Below, one piece after another: positions 10,152 to 18,699 of a stretch of DNA of 37,753 nucleotides; position 1 is the stretch's first letter; each line of letters starts with the position of its first letter. The stretch lies in the NCBI GenBank assembly GCA_012521935.1, contig JAAYLJ010000014.1, forward strand, positions 1 to 37,753. Direction: 5' to 3'. The stretch comes from Campylobacteraceae bacterium. GTDB lineage: Bacteria > Campylobacterota > Campylobacteria > Campylobacterales > Campylobacteraceae. Under the pieces are notes generated by a model. It saw nothing but the letters and a program-made list of their open reading frames with translations. It did not search any database and had not been told where the DNA came from. A program made the position numbers and the translations under genes.

Positions 10152-11200
10152 AGCTTTGCACCAATTGCTTCGCTTATATGATAAAAACCATCCCTATCTA
10201 AAAAGCTAAGTAATCCTTCATTTATCTCTTTTAGTAAAGATGGGCCTTTAAAAATGAAAGCGCTATAAATTTGAATCAGACTTGCACCAAGCAAAATCCT
10301 CTCATAAGCTTCTTGTGCTGAGTCAATCCCTCCTACACTAATAAGAGTTGTTTTACCAAAAAGCTCTTTTGAGAGCTCTTTAAAAAGCTCTTTACTCTTT
10401 TTTTGCAATGCCTTTCCACTAATGCCACCAAAATCTTTCGCATTTGGAAGAAGCGAGTATTCAACCGTAGTGTTTGTCGCAATTATCCCGCTAGCACCGC
10501 TTTTAATGGCAGAGTTTGAAACTCCTAAAGCAGTGTCAATTGACATGTCTGGTGCAATTTTTAGTAAAATTGGCTTAGTGGTTAACTCTTTTGCCATTTC
10601 AAAAAGCTCAGTTATAAAAGCTTCATTTTGCAAATCTCTAAGGCCTGGAGTATTTGGAGATGAAATGTTTATAACTATGTAATCACACAACTCTTTTATG
10701 CCAGCTATTAAAGTTTTATAATCATTTAGCGTGCTATTTGAAGCAGTGAGTTTGTTTTTGCCAATATTTGCCCCAAGAGGAGTGATGAATGGGTAATTCT
10801 CCCTCACCCTTTGTTTTACTCTTTCAAGTCCATCATTATTAAAACCCATAGCGTTTTGAATTGACTCTTCTTTTGGAAATCTAAAAAGTCTAGGCTTTGC
10901 ATTTCCTTCTTGCGCTTTTGGGGTGATAGTTCCAAACTCAATATGCCCAAACCCTAGTGCAACTAAACCTTTTAGCATGGTTGCATTTTTATCAAAACCA
11001 GCTCCAAGCCCAACTGGGTTAGAAAAGGTAGTTCCTAGTAGGTTTTGAGTAAGTCTCTCATCTGCAACAAAAAATCTTTTTGCGCCCCAAGAGAGCAAAA
11101 ACGGGGCATATTTTGCGCCATTTGCTAAAATGGATTCTGCGATTAAATGCGCAGATTCAGGCTGAAATTGAAACATGATTTTTTTAATTATTCTATACAT
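10148..11200 (-). CDS. pyrD: Dihydroorotate dehydrogenase (quinone), class 2
   Basis: 350 aa with an N-terminal extension. Catalytic-serine loop NISSPNTPGLR. GGISG and SVGGI strings. Confidence 0.9.
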   Translation of the reverse strand: MYRIIKKIMFQFQPESAHLIAESILANGAKYAPFLLSWGAKRFFVADERLTQNLLGTTFSNPVGLGAGFDKNATMLKGLVALGFGHIEFGTITPKAQEGNAKPRLFRFPKEESIQNAMGFNNDGLERVKQRVRENYPFITPLGANIGKNKLTASNSTLNDYKTLIAGIKELCDYIVINISSPNTPGLRDLQNEAFITELFEMAKELTTKPILLKIAPDMSIDTALGVSNSAIKSGASGIIATNTTVEYSLLPNAKDFGGISGKALQKKSKELFKELSKELFGKTTLISVGGIDSAQEAYERILLGASLIQIYSAFIFKGPSLLKEINEGLLSFLDRDGFYHISEAIGAKL

Positions 11201-11278
11201 AACTCTCCTATATAAGCCAAATGATTGTATCTAAATGAAGCTAAAATAAGAATTGTTTTAATAGATTAAAACTCCATT

Positions 11279-12667
11279 TTAATAGAGTTTTTCCCACTTT
11301 GTCCCTTCTTTAGTATCCATTAAAACTATATTTTTCTCTTGCAGTTCATCTCTAATCTTATCTGCTTTAGAAAAGTTTCTCTCTTTTTTAGCTTCATCTC
11401 TAGCTAAGATTAATGATTTTATCTCTTTTTTCTCTTCATCACTAACTCCAAGTTGAAAATAGAGCTCTTCATTAATAGTGCCAATGCCAAGAAGTTCTTT
11501 TGAATAGTCTATTATCCATTTTGCATGGCTTTTTAAGAGAGTATCTTTGGAGTTTTTATCTAAACTTTCATTTAAAGAGGTAACTTTTTTATCTAAAACT
11601 GCTAAAGCTTTTGAAATATTTAAATCATCTTTTAAGGCCTCTAGTATCTCATTTTTAAAACTCTCATCAATCAAGCTTTCATTATGAGAAGTAACTCTTT
11701 TTTTAAGTCTATAAAATTTATCTAGCCTCTTTTTTGAAGCTAAAAGATCTACTTCATTAAAGTTAAAATCAGCCCTGTAATGAGTGCTTAAAAGATAAAA
11801 TCTTAAAATCTCTCCATGATAAACTCTTAAAGCATCTTTTATGTAAAAGCTATTTCCCAAACTTTTACTCATCTTTTCGCCATCAATTGTCACAAATCCA
11901 TTGTGCATCCAATATTTTGCAATATTTTGCCCCATCCCGCACCTAGTTTGAGCAGCTTCATTTTCATGATGAGGAAACAAAAGATCCGCTCCACCTGCAT
12001 GAATATCTATTTGAAACTCCCCTTTTTTAGCCAAATGAGTATCTATCATGGCTGAGCACTCAAGATGCCAACCAGGTCTTCCTTTGCCAAAAGGTGAGTC
12101 AAAAGAGGGTTCATTTGTGGAAAATTTCCATAATGCAAAATCTTTTTGATCCTTTTTCTTTTCATCACTTTCAACTCTTGCTTGCGCATTTTGAATGATT
12201 TGATTGCTTAGACTTAAATATTTTTTATCTTTATTTGTATCAAAATAGATCCCATCATCAGTCTTATAAGCAAACTCTTTATTTAAAAGTTTTTCAATAA
12301 AATCAGTCATATTTTTAAGATTTTCAGTAGCTTTTGGCTCAATTGAAGGCTCTATCACATTTAAAGATGACATATCATTTTTATAGTTTTTTATATAAAA
12401 ATCTGTTATCTCTTCTAAACTTTTACCAGTTGTGGTCATTTTTGCAATGATTTTATCATCAATATCAGTAAAGTTTTTAGCAAAGGTAACCTCGTATTTT
12501 AAAGCCACAAGGACTCTTCTTAAAAGATCAAAAGCTATGGCACTTCTAGCATGTCCTAAATGAGCATCATCATAAACTGTTGGCCCACAAACATAAATAG
12601 TAACTCTCTTTTCATCAATGGGAACAAAAGGGACTTTTTTTCGTTTTGATGTATCATAAATATGCAT
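11279..12667 (-). CDS. cysS: Cysteine--tRNA ligase
   Basis: Class I signatures HLGHAR (HIGH) and KMSKS. 462 aa. Confidence 0.95.
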   Translation of the reverse strand: MHIYDTSKRKKVPFVPIDEKRVTIYVCGPTVYDDAHLGHARSAIAFDLLRRVLVALKYEVTFAKNFTDIDDKIIAKMTTTGKSLEEITDFYIKNYKNDMSSLNVIEPSIEPKATENLKNMTDFIEKLLNKEFAYKTDDGIYFDTNKDKKYLSLSNQIIQNAQARVESDEKKKDQKDFALWKFSTNEPSFDSPFGKGRPGWHLECSAMIDTHLAKKGEFQIDIHAGGADLLFPHHENEAAQTRCGMGQNIAKYWMHNGFVTIDGEKMSKSLGNSFYIKDALRVYHGEILRFYLLSTHYRADFNFNEVDLLASKKRLDKFYRLKKRVTSHNESLIDESFKNEILEALKDDLNISKALAVLDKKVTSLNESLDKNSKDTLLKSHAKWIIDYSKELLGIGTINEELYFQLGVSDEEKKEIKSLILARDEAKKERNFSKADKIRDELQEKNIVLMDTKEGTKWEKLY

Positions 12668-14048
12668 TTAAAATTTCCTTAAAAATAGTCAATAAAAATA
12701 TCTCTAAAATGAGCACGATGGCTAAAATAGCTATCTGTTTTAGATGAAGTATAGCTAAAAACTTTTTAGTTCCATAGGCTTTTATAGTTAAAATAAAGAG
12801 TAAAAAACCGCTAATTGAACTAGCTAATGCTAATCCAGAAGCTCCGTAAGGTGAAATGAGCAAGATTGAGAGAATTATATTTAAAATTAAGCTAATAGCG
12901 CTTATTTTGGCGGCTTTTGCTTGTAATCCCATGGAGTAAAGCCATAAAGAAAATAGTCTTGATAGTCCAAAAGGCGCAAGTCCTATCAGGTACATTTGCA
13001 AAACTTTAGCTGTTTGCAAGGAGTCCTCTTTTAAAAATGCGCCTCTTTCAAATAGAATTTTTACAATCTCTGGAGCTAGCATGTATCCGCCAACTGTTGA
13101 GGGAAGTAGCAAAAAAGCAAGTACCCAAAAGCCATCTTTTAGTGTTTTATTGGCGCTTTCTACCTCTTTTTTATTTACCTGTTTTGCAATTTTTGGAAAT
13201 AAAGAGATGGATAAAGCTATGGCAAAAAGAGCTAGGGGGAGTTGGAAAATTCTATTTGAATAGTATAGATAACTAATGCTACCTGAGACTAAAAAACTTG
13301 CTAACCAAGTGTCTATAAATGAGGCTAATTGAGCAGTAGAATTGCCAAGCACTGAGTGCCAAAAGTTTTTATAAAACTCTTTATAGTTCCTTTTTTTCTC
13401 TTTAAACTTAAATAAGCCTACTTTTAAAACCCTCCAAACCCTTTTTCTTTTAATGGCTATTAAATGAGTCATTAACTGTAAAATTCCACCAACAATAACG
13501 CCAATACTTAGGTAATATACTCCATTTTGAGGCTCATTTGGATTTGAGAACAGCAAAGCAACAATCATGGCTATGTTTAGTAAAGCAGTTGAATAAGCTG
13601 TGGTTGCAAAGTGTCCTTTAAAGTGCAAAAGAGCTGATAGAAAAGTTACAATATAAATTAAAGGCAAATACCAAAAATTTATCCTAACAAGTGGTGTTGC
13701 TAGAGTTATAGTCTTTTCATCAAAGCCAAAAGCTATTAGTTTTGTAATAAATGGGGCTAGAAGCATTACAAGTAGGGTTAAAAACAGGATAAAGCTTAAA
13801 AATCTAATTAAAATTAAAGAAGCAAATCTACCTTTCTCTTTTGTTTTTATAAAAGCTGGCAAAAAAGCTTGAGAAAAAGCACCCTCAGCAAAGATTCTTC
13901 TAAATAGATTTGGTAGTTTAAAGGCAACAAAAAATATATCACTATATATATTTGCACCTATGGTTGAAGCGGTTAATAAATCTCTAATAAATCCTAAAAT
14001 TCTTGAAAAAAGGATACCGCTACTATTTGTCATAAAAGCTTTAAACAT
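12654..14048 (-). CDS. murJ: Lipid II flippase MurJ (MviN)
   Basis: 464 aa polytopic protein. MviN-type N-terminus (SGILFSRILGFIRDLLTASTIGA...AFLPAF). 14-nt overlap with cysS. Confidence 0.88.
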   Translation of the reverse strand: MFKAFMTNSSGILFSRILGFIRDLLTASTIGANIYSDIFFVAFKLPNLFRRIFAEGAFSQAFLPAFIKTKEKGRFASLILIRFLSFILFLTLLVMLLAPFITKLIAFGFDEKTITLATPLVRINFWYLPLIYIVTFLSALLHFKGHFATTAYSTALLNIAMIVALLFSNPNEPQNGVYYLSIGVIVGGILQLMTHLIAIKRKRVWRVLKVGLFKFKEKKRNYKEFYKNFWHSVLGNSTAQLASFIDTWLASFLVSGSISYLYYSNRIFQLPLALFAIALSISLFPKIAKQVNKKEVESANKTLKDGFWVLAFLLLPSTVGGYMLAPEIVKILFERGAFLKEDSLQTAKVLQMYLIGLAPFGLSRLFSLWLYSMGLQAKAAKISAISLILNIILSILLISPYGASGLALASSISGFLLFILTIKAYGTKKFLAILHLKQIAILAIVLILEIFLLTIFKEILNAYL

Positions 14049-14175
14049 TAAAAATCAACCTCAATTTGTAGGGCTATAAAATAGCTTAAAAATCCACACT
14101 AATGGGAAGTTTACTTTATTTTAATCAATCTTGTATCATAATATAAAAGAGTTTAAATCAATGTGAGGAAAGTTT

Positions 14176-16089
14176 GTGAAAGAGCCAAAAAGAACAGACA
14201 AAAAGAGTATAAATGATGAATCTCCATTTGCATTTGAGCCAATTATCGTAGATACGGTTGATGTTGCAGATGAGTTAAAAAGAGTATCTACTGTAAATAA
14301 TGTTGATTTAAAGCTTATTGATTTTCATATTTTAAATATATCTACCTCATACTATACCCCGCAAGATGAAGAGCCTAAATGGCTAGAAGAGAAGCAGTTA
14401 AATGCTTTTGATGATGACTCTTTTTTTCTAAATCCAGATTTAAAAATTGATCAACACTTTAAGGTTGAGATTTTTGATAAAAGATCCAAAGTAGATACTG
14501 GAATATTGCCTAACTTAACACTAGGGGCTAATAAAAACTTAACAAAGATTGTAGTTGGAATTAAACAGAATTTAAATATAAAATATTTTCATAATCTTGA
14601 AGAGAGGCTCATTGAGGAGATAAATAAAAGGAAAATTAGATCTTCAATTTTAGTAGGGATTAGAGAAGCCGCAATGCGCGAAGAGATAAGAAAATTAGTT
14701 GCTTTTGTTAGGGTGAATAACTACATTGAAAAAGATATAACTTTAGTAGTTATGGAGGGAGTTGAGCCCTTATATCCAGTTAATGATAACTTCATAGAGC
14801 ATTTTAAGAAAAAAGTTGAGCCAGACGAGAAGAGCGGAAGGGTGGATTACTCAAGAAGAGGCTTTTTGCAATCAGTTGGCGAAAAAGAGATAATTCTTGA
14901 GTACATTAAACCTCAAGAAGGTAGTCCAGGAAAAAATTGTAGAGGTGTTTATCTGCCTGTAAATGAGCCAAAAATAGCACATGATGGCAATGTTAATATT
15001 GGTGAAAATATTGAAAAAATTGAAGATGATAAGTCTATAAAATTTTTAGCTAAAAGAAGCGGGTATGTAAAGTTTGAGAATGGAGTTTACGATGTTCAAG
15101 AAGAGATGGAAATAGGGGAGATTAACTTTAAAACAACAGGATCCATTGAAGCAGGGCTAGATAAAAATATAAAAATAAACATTAAAGAGGCTGACGCTCT
15201 AACAGACGCTGTTGGAACAGGAATGAGTGTTGAGAGTACTGAGTTAAATGTTGATGGAAATGTTGGTAGTCAAGCTAACATAAGAGCTAGGCTTGTTAGG
15301 ATTGGTGGGCAAACACATAAAACATCAAACATTACAGCTGATAGCGCCCAAATTGCGGTACATAGAGGAAATCTTGAAGCAAAAGAGGTAAACATAGATA
15401 GATTAGAAGGCGGTACAGTCGTAGGAGATGTAGTTAGAATCAAGATGGCTTCTGGAGGAGAAGTGTTTGGAAGAGAAGTTTACATTGAAGAGCTTTTTTC
15501 TCACGCACAAATTACAGCTAGCGAACTCATTGAGATTAAAAAATTAAAAGGATCTAACAATAGATTTGCCATAGATTCTGGAAGTTCAAAAGCTTTTAGC
15601 TCAGATATTGCTTCACTAAAAGAAAAAATTAAAGAGTATAAGAAAAAAGAGGAGCAGCTTCCAAAGCAGTTAGAGGGTAAAAAACTCTTAATTGATGCTA
15701 ATAAGGCATCAGTTGAAATGATTAAAGATAAGATAGCAGAACTTAGAAGTGAAAATATTAAGCCACCTGCTACTTTTTTAGGTAAATTAAAAGAGTATCA
15801 GCAGCTTATCAATGAGTATAATATATTGCTAAAACAGGCAAAAGAGATAAAAGTAGAGTTGCAACACTTTAATGATGAGTTAAATTCTATGCAAAATAAA
15901 ATATTTGATGCAAAGATTATAAACTACTCTCCTTGGCTTGAGTATAATGAGATAAAGTTTAAACTCATTTCACCTGAAATTGAGATAACTTACAACACTA
16001 TTGAAAATGAAACTACAAGAGTTTTTACTCTCATTGAAACCGCAGATGATGGATATAGAATCAACCGCTCAAGTGAAATACGAAAATGA
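14176..16089 (+). CDS. DUF342 / FapA-like protein (beta-helix plus C-terminal coiled coil)
   Basis: GTG start with a GAGGAA Shine-Dalgarno. DUF342-type G-x-PG-x-N-x-x-G string (EGSPGKNCRGVYLP). A run of short V/I-x-G-x-V/I beta-helix-like repeats (aa about 355-450). Lys/Glu-rich coiled coil near the C-terminus. ATGA overlap with ruvA. Confidence 0.6.
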   Translation: MKEPKRTDKKSINDESPFAFEPIIVDTVDVADELKRVSTVNNVDLKLIDFHILNISTSYYTPQDEEPKWLEEKQLNAFDDDSFFLNPDLKIDQHFKVEIFDKRSKVDTGILPNLTLGANKNLTKIVVGIKQNLNIKYFHNLEERLIEEINKRKIRSSILVGIREAAMREEIRKLVAFVRVNNYIEKDITLVVMEGVEPLYPVNDNFIEHFKKKVEPDEKSGRVDYSRRGFLQSVGEKEIILEYIKPQEGSPGKNCRGVYLPVNEPKIAHDGNVNIGENIEKIEDDKSIKFLAKRSGYVKFENGVYDVQEEMEIGEINFKTTGSIEAGLDKNIKINIKEADALTDAVGTGMSVESTELNVDGNVGSQANIRARLVRIGGQTHKTSNITADSAQIAVHRGNLEAKEVNIDRLEGGTVVGDVVRIKMASGGEVFGREVYIEELFSHAQITASELIEIKKLKGSNNRFAIDSGSSKAFSSDIASLKEKIKEYKKKEEQLPKQLEGKKLLIDANKASVEMIKDKIAELRSENIKPPATFLGKLKEYQQLINEYNILLKQAKEIKVELQHFNDELNSMQNKIFDAKIINYSPWLEYNEIKFKLISPEIEITYNTIENETTRVFTLIETADDGYRINRSSEIRK

Positions 16090-16640
16090 TAGTTGGCTTA
16101 AAGGGCAAGATTAGCCATAAAGAGCCCACTTTTGTGCATGTTGAAACAGTAAATGGCATAACTTATAAAATAATTATCTCTCTTTTTACAAGTAGCAGCC
16201 TTAAAAGTGGTGATGAAGTTGCTTTAAAAACTACTCAAATCTTTAGAGAAGATGCGCAGATTTTATTTGGTTTTTTAAGCGATAATGAGCAAAAAATGTT
16301 TGAAACTCTCATTAAAATTAATGGGGTAGGGCCAACAACAGCCATGGCTTTTTGTTCAACTTTAACTCCTGAAGATTTTGCTACCGCTTTAGTTAAAAAT
16401 GATGCACAAACCCTAAAAACAGTACCAGGCATTGGGCCAAAGAGTGCGAAAAGAATTTTAGTTGAACTTAGTGATTATGCACTTAATTTTGACCAAGCCT
16501 CAAATAAATCTTACCAAGAAGCTCTACTCGCACTTGAGAGTTTGGGTTTTAAGAAAGAAAGAGTTAAAAAAGCTTTACTTGAATGTAAAGCAAAAGATAC
16601 TGCAATGCTGGTAAAAGAGGCTTTAAAGAAACTTACATAA
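16086..16640 (+). CDS. ruvA: Holliday junction branch-migration complex subunit RuvA
   Basis: 184 aa. Two helix-hairpin-helix motifs (INGVGPTTA, VPGIGPKSAKRI). Confidence 0.9.
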   Translation: MIVGLKGKISHKEPTFVHVETVNGITYKIIISLFTSSSLKSGDEVALKTTQIFREDAQILFGFLSDNEQKMFETLIKINGVGPTTAMAFCSTLTPEDFATALVKNDAQTLKTVPGIGPKSAKRILVELSDYALNFDQASNKSYQEALLALESLGFKKERVKKALLECKAKDTAMLVKEALKKLT

Positions 16641-16650
16641 AAAGGAATAG

Positions 16651-17706
16651 TTGGTGAAAATTGCACTTTTGTTCGGAGGAGAAAGTTATGAGCATGAAAT
16701 TAGCATAGTAAGTGCTATAACATTAAAAAAAGTTTTAAATTTTGAATTGGAATTTATCTTTTGTGATGGAGATAGAAACTTTTATCAAATCCCAGAAAAA
16801 TCAATGAAAGCTACCCATTTTTCAAGCAAAGAGTACGAAAAAAATAGAAAACTTTACTTAACAAATGGAGGTTTTTTTCATAAAACTCTTTTTGGAAAGT
16901 TTGATGATATTAAATTTGATTATATTCTCAACCTAATTCATGGAGCTGATGGAGAAGATGGAAAGATAGCTGGAATGCTAGATTTTTACAATATAAAATA
17001 TGTAGGCCCAAGATTAGAGGGCTCAATCCTTAGCTTCAATAAAGTTTTAACAAAAAGTTTTGCAAAAGATTTGAGCGTAAAAGTTTTAGAATATGAGGTT
17101 TTTCATGGAAATAAAAGAGATTTAGAAAAGTTAAATTTTCCCATTATTTTAAAGCCAGCTAGACTTGGCAGTTCTATTGGAGTTAGTATTGTTAGAGGGA
17201 AAAAAGAGTTAGATTTTGCTTTAGATAAAGCTTATGAATTTGATAATGTAGTATTAGCTGAGCCTTTCATTGAGGGCATTAAAGAGTACAATTTAGCAGG
17301 ATATAGAGCAAAAGACGGGATGAGATACTCCATTATTGAAGCTCCTTTAAAAGGTGAGCTTTTAGATTTTGAGAAAAAATATTTAGATTTTTCAAGAAGT
17401 GAGGGCGCAATAGAAGCTAACTTATCAAAAGATTTGGTTAAAAAAATAAGAGAAGTTTTTGATAAAATTTATTCTCCATATTTTGAGGGAGCATTAATAA
17501 GATGCGATTTTTTTATCCATGAGGATGAAGTCATTTTAAATGAAATCAATCCAAATCCTGGCTCATTAGCCCACTATCTTTTTAAAGATTTTAACTTTGA
17601 AATTGAAAATTTAATTTCAAATTTGCCTATAAATAGAAAAATTTCAGTTAGTTATGAATATATAAATTCAATAAAAAAAGCCAAAGGGAAAGCAAGGCAG
17701 GGCTAA
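16651..17706 (+). CDS. ddl: D-alanine--D-alanine ligase
   Basis: ATP-grasp enzyme. IALLFGGESYEHEIS, HGADGEDGKIAGMLD, EINPNPGS. Start is TTG at 16651 or GTG at 16654. Confidence 0.9.
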   Translation: MVKIALLFGGESYEHEISIVSAITLKKVLNFELEFIFCDGDRNFYQIPEKSMKATHFSSKEYEKNRKLYLTNGGFFHKTLFGKFDDIKFDYILNLIHGADGEDGKIAGMLDFYNIKYVGPRLEGSILSFNKVLTKSFAKDLSVKVLEYEVFHGNKRDLEKLNFPIILKPARLGSSIGVSIVRGKKELDFALDKAYEFDNVVLAEPFIEGIKEYNLAGYRAKDGMRYSIIEAPLKGELLDFEKKYLDFSRSEGAIEANLSKDLVKKIREVFDKIYSPYFEGALIRCDFFIHEDEVILNEINPNPGSLAHYLFKDFNFEIENLISNLPINRKISVSYEYINSIKKAKGKARQG

Positions 17707-17724
17707 GAAAACTTTAGGTATTAT

Positions 17725-17746
17725 TTTACATATTTTTATATGTAAA
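17725..17746 (+). promoter_or_regulatory. Perfect palindrome directly upstream of the Phd-like ORF (candidate operator or SD-occluding hairpin)
   Basis: TTTACATAT-TTTT-ATATGTAAA: 9-bp arms with a 4-nt spacer. It ends 8 nt before the TTG start, and its right arm overlaps the AAAGGG Shine-Dalgarno (17744-17749). The function is inferred only. Confidence 0.35.
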
Positions 17747-17754
17747 GGGTTAGT

Positions 17755-17973
17755 TTGGCAAAATATTCTCAAGAAGAAATATATACTGCAACGCAGGTAG
17801 TTAGGCACTTTAGCGATACTTTATCAAAAGTTAGCAGTGGTGAGAAAAAAAGAGTAGTCATAGTAAAAAACAATAGATTTGAAGCTATTTTATTGAATGT
17901 AAAAGAGTATGAAAGAATGCTTGAAGCTGTTGAAATATTGGAAAAAATCTACAATAAAACTAAGCGCCCATAA
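17755..17973 (+). CDS. Small Phd/YefM-family antitoxin-like protein (orphan)
   Basis: 72 aa with a TTG start. The pattern IYTATQVVRHFSDTLSKVSSGEKKRVVIVKNNRFEAILLNVKEYERM fits the Phd/YefM N-terminal signature (T-x-(A/T)-x-x-R-x-x-F-S-x-x-L...G-E...V-x-I-x-(K/R)-x-x-x-x-x-A-V/I-L-(L/V)-x-x-x-E-Y-E). Confidence 0.55.
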   Translation: MAKYSQEEIYTATQVVRHFSDTLSKVSSGEKKRVVIVKNNRFEAILLNVKEYERMLEAVEILEKIYNKTKRP

Positions 17974-18699
17974 ATGGCAATTAGAAGCGTTAAATACATG
18001 GGAGATGAGTTTCTTATCTCTTATGATAAAGTTACAAATAAAGCCAATAAAGTAGCTCTATTTCTACATGGATGGGGTTCAAGTAAGGAGTTAATGAAGA
18101 GCGTTTTTGCAAAAACTCTACCCCAGTTTGATCACTACTATGTAGATTTGCCTGGATTTGGAAATTCAACCATTCCTAAAGCGTTAAATAGCTATGAGTA
18201 TCACAAGGTTTTAAAACTCTTTTTAAAAGAGTTAAATATTGAGCCAGATATGATTATAGGGCACTCCTTTGGTGGTAAAATAGCCACTTTGTTAAATCCT
18301 CCACTATTAATTTTACTAAGTAGCGCTGGAATTTTTAGAAAAAAATCAATTAATATCAGAATGAAAATCTATATTTTTAAGATTTTAAAAAGAGTTGGTT
18401 TGGGAAAATTTTATAAGCTCTTTGCATCAAAAGATGTGAAAAATGCAGATAAAACTCTGTATGAAACTTTTAAAAAAGTTGTTGATGAGGATTTTAAAGA
18501 AGAGTTTGCAAACTTTAAAAATAAAGCTTTAATCTTTTGGGGAGTAAAAGATAGGGCAACCCCACTAGCTAGCGGTAAAATGATTGAGAGTTTAATAGAA
18601 AAAAGCCACTTTTATGCACTAGATGGGGATCATTTCTTCTTTTTAAATAGTGCTAATTTCATTGAGCAAACCATAAGGAAAAATTGTGAAAATATTTGA
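17974..18699 (+). CDS. Alpha/beta-fold hydrolase (esterase-like), function unknown
   Basis: HGWGSS oxyanion motif, GHSFGG nucleophile elbow, and a C-terminal LDGDHFFF putative catalytic His. The ATG directly follows the upstream TAA. 14-nt overlap with murF. Confidence 0.8.
   Translation: MAIRSVKYMGDEFLISYDKVTNKANKVALFLHGWGSSKELMKSVFAKTLPQFDHYYVDLPGFGNSTIPKALNSYEYHKVLKLFLKELNIEPDMIIGHSFGGKIATLLNPPLLILLSSAGIFRKKSINIRMKIYIFKILKRVGLGKFYKLFASKDVKNADKTLYETFKKVVDEDFKEEFANFKNKALIFWGVKDRATPLASGKMIESLIEKSHFYALDGDHFFFLNSANFIEQTIRKNCENI

Noticed and set aside
11255-11272. Inverted repeat GTTTTAAT-CT-ATTAAAAC between cysS and pyrD, considered as an intrinsic terminator.
   Set aside because: The stem is almost entirely A-U with a 2-nt loop, so the predicted stability is very low. 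The downstream U-tract is interrupted. cysS and pyrD may simply be co-transcribed or separated by a promoter, and the terminator call is not supportable.
4337-14048. Eleven co-directional, mostly overlapping minus-strand genes (murJ to the marC-family gene), considered as a functionally coherent system.
   Set aside because: The gene functions are heterogeneous housekeeping: tRNA charging, pyrimidine, lysine, lipid and envelope proteolysis. Tight packing is normal for compact Campylobacterota genomes, and nothing points to a dedicated system.
17755-18699. Phd-like ORF plus downstream gene read as a canonical type II toxin-antitoxin module.
   Set aside because: The downstream protein is a 241-aa alpha/beta hydrolase with an intact GxSxG elbow, not a Doc/RelE/YoeB/PIN/HipA-type toxin, and it is itself coupled to murF. 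I kept it only as a non-canonical hypothesis in the findings.
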